Positions 1-11,745 of a stretch of 64,000 nucleotides of DNA are shown here, one piece after another. The stretch is taken from positions 54,374,001 through 54,438,000 of the forward strand of contig NC_043013.1 of NCBI RefSeq assembly GCF_006345805.1, read 5' to 3'. Origin of the DNA: Octopus sinensis (lineage: Eukaryota). Position numbers and translations under genes: made by a program. Within the stretch, counting starts at the first letter, position 1. Each line of letters begins with the position of its first letter. The notes below the pieces were generated by a model, which was not told the origin of the DNA, did no database searches, and worked only from the letters and a program-made list of their open reading frames with translations.

Positions 1-258
1 AGATAGTTTGTGGATCACCAAAATTGATGGACACTAGCTTAGAAAGAAAATTATCATTCTCATTACTATGTCCTATCTTTCAGAACGCTGGAGATTTTAT
101 TGTTCAAAGAGAATGGGAGTAAACATGTGCGCACAAAATTAGAAGAGATTGCATTTAGACACCAAGAAAAATATGTCACACGGCAATTTGAAATATTTTT
201 CAATTTCCTAATGGCCTGTTTGAAAATAAAGGAACTGAATTATTGAAAATATTTTCAA

Positions 259-444
259 CCCTTAAGCATTCAAATTAATCTCTTAACCATGCATTATCTC
301 ATAGTTTCAAGCTTTCAAAGATGTGATCGTCTTATTCTAAGACTGACATAGCAGGGTAGGTGTGAGAGGCCATAACTAGCCAGTTTCAACATGAAACATG
401 TACAATATTTTGGTCTGATATGGCCCAGTTTAAATGCTGAAGGG
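259..444. mobile_element. piggyBac-like non-autonomous MITE
   Basis: Termini CCCTTAAGCATTCAAA ... TTTAAATGCTGAAGGG are imperfect inverted repeats. Flanks are TCAA (degenerate) and TTAA, the piggyBac target site. Confidence 0.6.
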
Positions 445-625
445 TTAAGCATCAATACATAGTGTAGCTGAAAGGATAAGATATTTCATTTCTGTTTACA
501 TCTCAAATGTTCTACTAAATTAAATAAGAGAACAAATATTCATATATAATTAAACCAAACTTGTGTTCAGACTAAAATATAAAAATGAAAAATAAAACAC
601 AGAGAGCAGCTGGCAAGTGAGTGCA

Positions 626-732
626 TATATGTAATATATGTGAAGATATATATATATATATATGTATATATATGTGAAGATATATATATATATATGAATA
701 TATATGTGAAGATATATATATATGTACATATA

Positions 733-769
<37 letters not shown>

Positions 770-790
770 GTGTACATATATATATATATA

Positions 791-822
<32 letters not shown>

Positions 823-854
823 CATGCACATATATATATGCACATATATATATG

Positions 855-896
<42 letters not shown>

Positions 897-1053
897 TATA
901 TGTATATATATATATGTATATATATGTATGTACATATATATATATGTATATATATGTACATATATGTATATATATATGTACACACATTCATACATACATA
1001 TGTATATATATATATATGTACACACACTCACACATACATATATACATATATAC

Positions 1054-1087
<34 letters not shown>

Positions 1088-1088
1088 G
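626..1088. repeat. compound (TA)n/(TG)n/(CA)n microsatellite
   Basis: Directly visible; source of the YI-rich pseudo-ORFs at 550-1228. Confidence 0.95.
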
Positions 1089-3364
1089 TAGCAGCTGAAC
1101 ATTTTGCTGCCATTTATGGTGTCCTACAAAAACATAGTGAAATTTCTCTGAACAGAAACTTAAACATTAATTATTTACTAAATCTTTTCTATTGTCATCT
1201 TCAAATAAATGACAAATGTGATAAATAGCAAGAACAAAGCCACTCGGATAATAATGTTCTTCCAAAGAAACAAACAACTTATGGAGAATAGTGTGTGAAA
1301 TAGTTGCTTCTTATTCCACTTTCACTGAGTTTGTTATATTAATACCATTTTAAGTGAGGTTTTCCTCTAATAGAAAGAAACTTTTATGTACTTGTGTTCA
1401 CTTACAGCATAGCTTCCAGTCATCTATTAACAGCTGATGATCAAAAGACCTACAGCTTCCATTTTAAGTGATTTTATATTATATTTTTACTTTCGATATG
1501 CAACAATTCTGCTACATTATTTACTTGGTCAAATGTAGTTACACTCTACAGAAGTATTACATTTACAGGTGACCTATTTTCTATTTTAAAGCATGTTCTA
1601 AGATACGCCTTAAACTATTTGCATTTATATTTCTCATCTGTTTTCAAAATGTGATACTTTGTAAGAATAATAGTTATCAGTTTTGCATTACAACACATTA
1701 ACGGCTTACGTATATTCAATGATATATCATTGATAGCTTAAATATTGAAGAAATAAAATAAATATTTCTTACATATTTTTAAGAGTAAACTAATTTCCAT
1801 TTTTGAAAACTTTATCTAAGTAAAATTTTCTTAAACACAATTAACTATAGTTTGTGAACATTTAATATAATAAATGAATACATACTGAGATAAGAAATAG
1901 CAAAGAAATAATCAAGTAAAATATTTAAGACTGGATTGTGGTGCTTAACTAATAAGTTAACTTCAATAAATATTTTTATGTTTTCATTTCTTATGAGACA
2001 AGACATGGTAACTTAGTAAATAAGGAATTTCAGCTGGGTATTCTCAGGTATTCTCTCTGTCTGATCATATTCTGTTTGCGTTCAACCTTCTTCTATATCA
2101 AAAAGAATGCCCAACAAATATCTTCTGTCTGTATTCCTTAAACGAATGTCTATCATTGTGTTGCTTTACGGTAATTCTTGAACAAGCTTTTAATGTAGTA
2201 TTTTGACAACAAGGAAATAGCTAAGGCCTTAAATGCCATTTTCCATGCCAAAATATGTCTTGTGAGTTATTCTGACAAATTCTCATGTCAAACTAATAGC
2301 CCTTAAAGAGGTCTGCAATAAAAGTTTGGGGTATTTCTATCCTTGATGTAATGTTCTATGGCTATTAATTATAGTTCGTTCTCTCACATTAGCTGAAAAC
2401 ATGATCTATTTTATGGCGTAAACTAAAGTGTGTATGCGAATGAAGGAAGGCAGTAAAACTGATAGAGAGACATGGAAGTACATAGTCAGGGAAATAAATA
2501 TTAAATGATGTGGACAGGGAGTAAAATAGAGGAGTGGATTTAGATATGATTTAGTTTAATTCATTGGCCTTCTTGAATATCTTCCCGGTTAAATATATAT
2601 CTCATGAATATACTTATTGAAATGATCACAGAAGTGTGTCAAACACAAATTTATGTATCACAATATTAACATGGTACCTTGTTGGGAGTATTATTGAGGT
2701 ACCATGTTGGTAATATTGGTGTGGAGACATGCTAGAAGTATTAAAACGGAGCTGTGTTGGGAGTGCTGACCTCAGGAAAATATTTTTTCTTCAGTTAGTT
2801 TCCCCATGTCTATTCTGTCCTCATATTTTAGTTGCCACTGACATAACTGTGTGCTTAAGAACTTGCTCTTCATCCATGTAATCTTGTGTCCTGTCACATG
2901 CATAAAACTTTACTCTTTTGTATAATGAGAGATGTACATAGGCTAAATTGGAATGAAACCACACTAGAAATGCAGGCATTCGAAATAAAACTAGCAGCAT
3001 GGACAACATTGATAGAACTGACATAATAATTAGTAGACTAGTTGGTGAGGCTGGTGACGATCTATACTAAATGTCCGTAGAGTATTATGGAAAGTTAAAA
3101 GATTCAAATTGAGATATCACTTTGCTGAGAGTTTCTCCATGAAAATTTGGAGAATTTTCTAGATACCCTCAAACCAAATATCTTCTGGTCCTGCCTTTGC
3201 TTTGGCTTTTTTTTTTATCACTTTCCCCCGTCGTTGTATAACCTCTTCTTCACAAAATCTGAATTTCTTTTGCAAATGAATGACCTCTCCCACTGAACCA
3301 CTATTCTGGAGAAACTAATTGTAATTCCTATAATGATACAATCTATTAATAAACTATATGTATA

Positions 3365-3590
3365 TGAAGGGGTGCTGCAAAGTTCCTGGCTTTAAGGGTT
3401 TTTTGAAAGACCTGCCTGAAGTCCCAGTCTTCTGAGTTCTTTTACAGGGCTTAGAAAAACTGAAGGGCAACTGCGATAAATGTGTGAATCTGAGAGGAGA
3501 AAATCTTGAGTAAAATCATAATTACCTGCTTCTCTTGTATTTTCTTTCACCCAAAGCCAGAAACTTTTAAGCACCTCCCCCACCCACCCG
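3365..3590 (+). mobile_element. mariner-derived MITE / internally deleted mariner
   Basis: TA flanks. TIRs TGAAGGGGTGCTGCAAAGTTCCTGGCTT ... AAGCCAGAAACTTTTAAGCACC. The interior retains a mariner C-terminus-like stretch (GLEKLKGNCDKCVNLRGENLE*). Confidence 0.7.
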
Positions 3591-4054
3591 TATATATATA
3601 TCATCACACACACACACACATACACACACATATATATATATATGTTTGTGTGCATGTTTGTGTTTAGTTTTACAAGATAGAGTGAGATACAATTAAAGAT
3701 TTATGTGGCTATTGATTATTCAGTTCTTGGAGAATGGATTTCAGGACCAAATAAATTGCTAATACATTCATTGATGATGTACAAAATAACCCAGCAAAAT
3801 ATATACAACTAATTCTTGTGAAAGAACTAATCCAAAATGCTATTAAGAACCGACTTAAAACCAATTTATCCAGCATAAAAATACTCTAAAATATAACTTA
3901 GAAACCTCACAAGATGTTGATCAACATTCACCTGTTGTTAATTAGCAATTTTGTGATTCCATTTACTATAACTCGCCAACTGTTAATTGTAAAGTTAAAA
4001 ATCTGAAGTGCGTGTGTATGAATGTATATATAACATGTATATAAATGCACACAC

Positions 4055-4258
4055 TGTCATAGCTCTAGCATAACTGACCTGACTGTTGCATGATCAACAA
4101 CCAATTAACTGTTTATTGATTTCTATATTAGTTTTTTCTTTTTTTTTTGTGGCCAATACATGAGAAAGAAATATAGGAATCCAAAGAAGAACACAAATTT
4201 AAATGGAAAAATGAAGTTGTGATCTCAAATTGAATAAATTTGTCACCTATTAGGAATC
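4055..4258 (+). repeat. ~204-bp direct repeat, copy 1 (copy 2 at 7838-8042)
   Basis: Near-identical sequence TGTCATAGCTCTAGC...GTCACCTAT(T/G)AGGAATC at both sites. Confidence 0.95.
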
Positions 4259-4588
4259 AAAAAGAACAAAATAAAAAATGTAAAATCCAAAAGTTGTCAA
4301 GGAAACAAATTACTACAAAAAAGAAAAAAAAAATCTTATGTGTCAGGTTGAAATTTATTAGAATTATCAATTTGAGTCAATTATAGTTCACTGTAGTTTT
4401 ATTCAAATTCACAGCAAAAGAAAACATTTTGAAATTTATTCACAGTTTGTGCGATGAAATTATACATTTTTTCCTGTGTGTGTGTGGAGAAAGGTAGAGA
4501 TAGAGAAAGAGAGAGAGAAAGAACTTTCAATGTAATATATAATGAAATGTGAATCATGAACATAAACAATGTATTAAAATATTCCGAC

Positions 4589-5326
4589 ATATATTTTTAT
4601 ATACTCCCAGTGTATTGAGGGTATAGAGGAAGCTTTAAGCTAACAAGAACATATTTTGGAACATTACAAAATAGTTTTATATCAGGATAAAAGATTCTTT
4701 ACCTAAATAAGAATAAATACTATTACCAAGGGTTATATATTTTTATATCCTCCCAGTGTATTGAGGGTATAGAGGAAGCTTTAAGCTAACAAGAACATAT
4801 TTTGGAACATTACAAAATAGTTTTATATCAGGATAAAAGATTCTTTACCTAAATAAGAATAAATACTATTACCAAGGGTTATATATTTTTATATCCTCCC
4901 AGTGTATTGAGGGTATAGAGGAAGCTTTAAGCTAACAAGAACATATTTTGGAACATTACAAAATAGTTTTATATCAGGATAAAAGATTCTTTACCTAAAT
5001 AAGAATAAATACTATTACCAAGGGTTATATATTTTTATATCCTCCCAGTGTATTGAGGGTATAGAGGAAGCTTTAAGCTAACAAGAACATATTTTGGAAC
5101 ATTACAAAATAGTTTTATATCAGGATAAAAGATTCTTTACCTAAATAAGAATAAATACTATTACCAAGGGTTATATATTTTTATATCCTCCCAGTGTATT
5201 GAGGGTATAGAGGAAGCTTTAAGCTAACAAGAACATATTTTGGAACATTACAAAATAGTTTTATATCAGGATAAAAGATTCTTTACCTAAATAAGAATAA
5301 ATACTATTACCAAGGGTTATATTTTT
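4589..5326 (+). repeat. tandem array, 146-bp unit x5
   Basis: The marker CTCCCAG recurs at 4604, 4750, 4896, 5042 and 5188 (spacing 146); units are almost identical. Confidence 0.97.
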
Positions 5327-6957
5327 GGAGCAAAATTTTCAGTGTGAATATTATAGCGAAAGTAACTTATAATTCTTAGATACCGAGAGTTTTTTAAAGT
5401 CCAGGAGCATAGGGAGTTCCTTGACAGAATAGAATTATGGATTAAATTGCAGAGCCATCCAAGTGACGCTATCAGTTGTAAGAACTATGATGAAAATCTG
5501 CAAGTACAAATAAGAATCATTTACCATTTTACATTTGTTATGGCTAACATGATTCCACAAGTGTACATTTTTGTATAATACTGAAGCAGATGTTTTAAAA
5601 TCTAAATGATAGATGGGTCCATTGAATGAATGAAAATGGCCATTCTCATGGCTGAAGGCCAGAGAGGCCTCAGCATCCATCACTTGTCACCACACACACA
5701 TTGCAGACTTTTGCTGCAATCATACTTTCTGCTAGGGTCCAATCTTTCTAGTTCTTGATGTCATTCTTCCATCTTTGTAGCTCAAGAGCCTGTTTTCTAT
5801 CCACCCACCTCCCAAGAATACTGGCACTGAGATCTTGAACCCTGATAATTTTGCCTGAAATATTCCAGTTTCCACCACTCAACCACTAATTAACAGTTGA
5901 ACTTATTTCAGCTGAGCAGATGAAGATAACTTTACTGTAAGAAGTTTTAATCTGAAGTTAATGGGATTAACAGAACAAAACTATAATGGGATTAATGGAA
6001 CAAAACAAAACAGAACTATTCTATTTTCCATTGAATATTTCAGTCAATGATCTCAGGATTAACTCCTGCAAGAAGTGGACTTGCAGAGACACTTCCAGTT
6101 CGTAATTACAGATGACTTTGGCATATTTTGTGAAATATTAGTAAAATGTTTTTTTTTGTCCTATTGTTTTTTAGGATATAAGGATATGAATTTTTCTTCT
6201 TTTAATTCTGTAAAATGTAAAGAAGAAAAAAAGAGCAATTGCAAACGTGACAAAGACATGTCAAATAAAGTTCTTTGATCTCAACTCAATACATTTGATT
6301 GTGACAAGTTAACTATTCAGTTTAAAGTCCAGTTTACTTTCATTTTCTGTAATTCTATCAAAACAAAACTAAAAATATGAAATCTAAAAGTAATGTTAGA
6401 AAGTGAAAACATCACAAAATAGTTTATGGAAATCATAGTCTTTCTAAAATATTGAAAGCTAAAATACATCTGTTATAAATACTAATATATTAAGTAAAAC
6501 TGAAGTCCGCTGCCAAAAAATGCACCACTCTAAACCTTTATTGATCAGAAAAATATTAGAATTTCCTCTCACCTAATAATAAAAACCAGTTCTTAGCGTT
6601 CCTATTTTTTTGTAATAAGTTCAAAACAAAGCTCCTTGCATGCCAATGTTGTAGAGAATGTAGACGTAAAAGAATAAATTTTCCAGTAAATTCGATACTT
6701 AGAGGTGGCCAAACATTGAAGTCGCTCTAGAATCATGGTTGAAACAAACCATAGAGAAAGTATTACTGAAACATATTGCATTGAAATGCTAATTCAACGA
6801 GTGGTTAGTATAGCTCATTTTTTGTTACATTGAATACTAAAGTGTGTATAAATGTAGAGACAACATACATAAGTAAGGGTCAAGAAATAAAACAAACCAA
6901 AATGAAAGCAAATAGACAGCTTCTCTTCATCAGCAACTGTCTGGGAGAGAAATTACA

Positions 6958-7012
<55 letters not shown>

Positions 7013-7779
7013 ATATATATAATATATATATATATATCAATAATAAATTATTTAACTTTTATGCTCTGCAATGACTTAATTCCGAAACGTACGTCCGTAG
7101 GTGACTTAATATAGAAGGATTTTTGTCATTTCTTTCTCTTTTGCCTGCATCGTTTGCTTTTTAAGTGCTTCGATTTTGCTGGGATCTCCCTTTTAAGTAG
7201 AAAGAATAGCCAAAACTTTTTGACTGCTATTTCTAAATTCGGTGTGTGGTGAGGCAAATCGTTGCTAAACCCTGAATTACTTAGTATATATATATATATA
7301 TACATATATGCACATACATATGTATATAATTAAGTAACAACAGACAGATAATGTGTCAATTTACTACAGCTGTTTCTAATGAATTTATCTTTGCTGTGAA
7401 CACATTTTAGCTTTGACCTGACTCAGTGCTTCACCATTTAAGTGCCTGGTTCACTTGAAACCCGACCTTATATATACGAGTATATATATATATTAAAGAA
7501 AAACAAAACCAAGGCAGGACGAATGTCTCGGGTCATTTGGAATATTTTATTGGAGTACAGTGAATCAGAAAAGGAGGAGTAGAAGTAATTCTACTTCTTT
7601 TCCTGCAGACCTGGAACACTACTACAGATCCTTAGCTCCAGCCTCAGCTGTGAGCTTGGAACCTAACACATGACCAATTATAGCATTTACACAGTGAACT
7701 AAACCCCTCATATTCCCTCTCTCCCATCTCTCTCTCTCGCTATATATATATATATGGATAGATAGATAGATATATGTAT

Positions 7780-7815
<36 letters not shown>

Positions 7816-7837
7816 ATACGTATACATATGCATGCAA

Positions 7838-8042
7838 TGTCATAGCTCTAGCATAACTGACCTGACTGTTGCATGATCAACAACCAATTAACTGTTTATT
7901 GATTTCTGTATTAGTTTTTTTCTTCTTTTTTTGTGGCCAATACATGAGAAAGAAATATAGGAATCCAAAGAAGAACACAAATTTAAATGGAAAAATGAAG
8001 TTGTGATCTCAAATCGAATAAATTTGTCACCTATGAGGAATC
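7838..8042 (+). repeat. ~204-bp direct repeat, copy 2
   Basis: Matches 4055-4258 with a few substitutions and indels. Confidence 0.95.
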
Positions 8043-9140
8043 CTACTCTCACCAAAAAAGAGGAAGAGAAAGTATCAGAAGCTGTCAAGTAAAGAACAAA
8101 AGCTAGAGTGATAGAACTAGAATTTAACTCTGGTTTCTGTAGAATTCAGTCAGTAAAGAATAACCAATATCTTTGCCAAAAGACTATAATTTTAGTAAGG
8201 CGTTGTAATTGTAAGTACAACAAAGTTATGTGAGACTAGAATTGTGCCACAGTTAATACAAGCAATCCCCATATTGTGGAATGGGTTCTATTCATGAAAA
8301 TTATGCCATAATTTGGAATTTTATGCATCTTACATGGATATCAATGAAAAAATTGACTTTGTATTATAAAAAATTCATATTTTGGTAAGTTTTTGAAGAA
8401 CACATGACAGGACATGTCTGTGCAGGCAATTAAGTAATGCATCTAAATCCAAAAGACTAATGGTGAATTTCCCAAGGAACAACAATAGACAGATTCTAGA
8501 GTTTAATTAAGATCTAAGTACGAATGGAATCTAACATAATTTCAGAGTGAAAAATTTGGTATTGTAGCATTTTCAGATAGAATTAAGTAGAATACATTAA
8601 CCACACCAGAACGATTGATAATGTAGACAGGCAGAACTACATGATACAGACCTTGGTTACCTGAACTTGTTATCAGGTTCTAAGAAATCTAATTAGTTCC
8701 AGAGCTGGAGCCAAAACATCAAGCAGTCAAGAGTTTGAAGTGGAAGTGAAGAAATGACTTTATTTAAAAGAAAAGGATGGTCCCTTCAAGTGCAGAAAAT
8801 ATTATTTTAGTATATTTATTTTTAAAATGATGCCAAAATTTTAGAGACAAACAATGAAATATAATAGTTTCTCAGTGCATAAATTATTCCGTGATTATAA
8901 GTTCAAGTATATCTATCTATACATGCATGCAATATAAAGATATGAGCCACTAAAAGTGTCTTGCTTTGGAGATGTAGGTCTATGTAGGTTTTTATAACAT
9001 GCATTGTGTCTCCAAGCAATCTCCAGATTCTAAGCACATAGTCTACTCAAAAAACAAGAGAAAGAAAATTTGAATCAAGTTGCCTTTGACCATATATATA
9101 TATCAATAAATAAATAAATAAATATATATATATATATATA

Positions 9141-9515
9141 GGCGTAGGAGTGGCTGTGTGGTAAGTAGCTTGCTAACCAACCACACGGTTGGGCAAGTGT
9201 CTTCTGCTATAGCCCCGGGCCGACCAATGCCTTGTGAGTGGATTTGGTAGACGGAAGCTGAAAGAAGCCTGTCGTATATATGTATATATATATATGTATG
9301 TGTGTGTTTGTGTGTGTGTGTTTGTCCCCCTAGCATTGCTTGACAACTGATGCTGGTGTGTTTACGTCCCCGTAACTTAGCAGTTCGGCAAAAGAGACCG
9401 ATAGAATAAGTACAGAGCTTACAAAGAGTGAGTCCCGGGGTCGATTTGCTTGACTAAAGGCGGTGCTTCAGCATGGCCACAGTCAAATGACTGAAACAAG
9501 TAAAAGAGTAAAAGA
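9141..9515 (+). mobile_element. tRNA-derived SINE (family A: GGCGTAGGAGTGGCTGTGTGGTAAG head, CTGAAACAAGTAAAAGA tail), B-box region deleted
   Basis: A-box-like head, TTGGGCAAGTGTCTT core, internal TA/TG tract. Homologous copies at ~17351, 36180(-), 40128, 46450 and 58290. Confidence 0.8.
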
Positions 9516-10179
9516 TATATATATATATATAAATATTTCATAGGCGCTCTACAGAAATAAATACTCCAGGTTAACAAAGGTTCCTGTTTAGTACAGGACT
9601 TCAGATAATCAGAAGTTAAAGCCCATCACCAGCACAGTTTATAAATTCATGGTTCCATTACCAAGTTAACATGGTATGTTTTTACAAACATTCCAACGGT
9701 TGTTCACTATATTTTCAATCAACTGATTTATTGGCTTGAATCATGAACACAATATGCAAATCTGAAACAACTGTAAGTCTATAATGCACAAATAAATGTA
9801 TAAAGCTTAGTTTTTATGCCTGTTTATGTGTCTGTATTGCTGTTTGTCTGTCTGTCTGGCTATCTATCTAGCTCACTATGTGCATACATACACACACACG
9901 TGTGTGTGTATGCATGTTTGCACATTTGTGCAAGCAGACACATACACCACTCACAAGAAAATGGAATAGACAGGTGAATATGCTGTTCAACATAAACTTA
10001 GCATTAGTTATTTGAAAATAAGAACCAGATGGACCCAGAGACACAAAACAATCTAGTAAAAGAACGTATGGAAACTGAATGATCTTTTAGCCTTAAATTG
10101 ATATAAAGGTGTTCTCAGTAAAGAATATGCTAAGGAAGACATATAATATAGCTGATGGGGAAGGGGGTCTTTTGAGGCA

Positions 10180-10769
10180 CAAATCAGATGTGTGAATGGA
10201 GCAAGGGAACAAGTTTCCAGCAAGAAGGAAGGTGAAATGCTGAAAGACTGATAAGGTACACAGAACCATTGTAGTTAAGGGATAGGTGTAGAAAGAAGGG
10301 AAGAAAGAGAAGAGGAAGAACCTATATCAGGAGGCTAGAGAAGAAGCTAGACGTTAGGTGTCCTTAGCAAGAAAGAAAATCAAAATGTAAGAAGTTCACA
10401 AATGTGTTGGGCTATGACGATCAGAATTGTGAGGCATCCCAAACTGAAAAGTGGGGCATCAATAGAAATGACAACATTATTGGTGATGATGTTGGTGCAC
10501 TCAGCCTCATTTACAAGAAGATGGAGGAATGGAAACGCTGTTATTGAAGGAAGAGAATGCATGGGAGGTGTCAAGCCTACAGTGAAAGCAGCTTTAGAGA
10601 ATGACACCTATAGGGTCCCAACCACCATTAAGGATATAAAGAAAGGGAAACACCTAGATGCAGAAAATAATGTACAGCAAAGTAGAGCACATGTTGGTCA
10701 CTGGCACTGTCATCAGTTATGTAGCCATGTGATGTATGATAGCCCATAACAAGTGTAGCACCACCATCA
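10180..10769 (+). mobile_element. decayed RTE-clade LINE, part 1 (pre-RT region)
   Basis: Purine-rich degenerate coding remnant (…IKDIKKGK…) that continues into RT motifs after removing the Helitron insertion. Confidence 0.65.
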
Positions 10770-11168
10770 TCTATATATATATAAAGCTGAAGTTGTCTGG
10801 TGTATGGCGGGTTTGGTAGCCTTCAACTAACACTATCTCCTCCGAAACCCTGCAGTGCAAGTTGACTAAAATTGAGAGTATGATAGAAGAAGGCTTGCTC
10901 TTCCTTCTATAGAAGATAAAATTCAAATCGGACCATGTTAATACCAAAACTTATTTACATCAAAAAGGTACGTTTTTTCTATGAAAATCCTTATTTTTTA
11001 CGATTTTTTGACTGCTGTGTTGCCATTTTTCGGTGCATTTCAACCGGAAAAATGTTCACTTAAAGAGAATAACAAGCTACATAATGCAAAATTTTTACTT
11101 TTCAAAAATTCTAATTCTAAACAGTCAAAATGAAAACAAGCCTGAGCAACGCTGGGCTATACTGCTAG
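10770..11168 (+). mobile_element. non-autonomous Helitron (399 bp), complete
   Basis: 5' TC (TCTATATATATATAAAG), 3' GC-rich hairpin GCCTGAGCAACGCTGGGC at 11140-11157, terminal CTAG. Inserted between host A (10769) and T (11169) with no TSD. Confidence 0.88.
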
Positions 11169-11745
11169 TCATTTATAAAGGCATGGTTAAGAAGCAATTC
11201 CAGAGGAATCAAATACATTGACCATGTTATGAAAGTAACAGAAAGAGTTACAGCATGGCTAATTAGAGAGAGAATTCAATGAAACAGTTCAAGTTTTGGT
11301 ACCACCAACACCCTCTTGGCAAAGAGGAAGCATTCATTGACCTAGAGTAGACCCTTAACTGGGTACCATGTCCTGTAGTCAGGTGATAGTTAAAAATTCT
11401 AAGTGTAGATAAATGATTTGTGAGAGCCAGGTAAATGATGTACAGAGATGTTGTCATCAAGACTAGAGTTAGCAAAGAGTTTCGTTAGGAATATAAAGCA
11501 TTGAGGCAGGTGTCCATCAAGGCTTGGTTCTCAGCTGTGTTAACAGTGGCTGTCTATGGGAGCTCCTCTATACTGAGGACCTAGTTCTCATACTTGAAGC
11601 TGTCATACCATCAGTATTACAAATACAGAAGCAAAACCTAGAACCAAGAAACTTCAAAATAAACCATATAAACAAAGTTTTAATAAGCAGGATAAATGTT
11701 GAGTATCCTGTGTCCTCTGGGAAGTGGCAAAACCCTGAATCCTGA
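11169..11745 (+). mobile_element. decayed RTE-clade LINE reverse transcriptase, part 2
   Basis: Remnant motifs FRGIKYIDHVMKVTERV, AFIDLE, GVHQGLVLS and GCLWELLYTEDLVL (degenerate YADD), with stops and frameshifts. Confidence 0.8.

Noticed and set aside
550-1228. Long YI/CV/HT-rich ORFs, here and at 13.5k, 30.6k, 37.7k, 41.8k, 42.7k, 48.5k, 51.1k, 57.4k and 58.5k
   Set aside because: Translations of TA/CA/TG microsatellites, which lack stop codons; no splice or domain evidence.
4589-5326. CRISPR-like array (also considered for 63713-63879)
   Set aside because: Units are contiguous with no unique spacers, the context is eukaryotic, and there are no cas genes.
4055-8042. LTR retrotransposon, TRIM or retrozyme interpretation of the direct repeats
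   Set aside because: No TSD, no TGG primer-binding site, no polypurine tract, no gag/pol, and no hammerhead core in the repeats.
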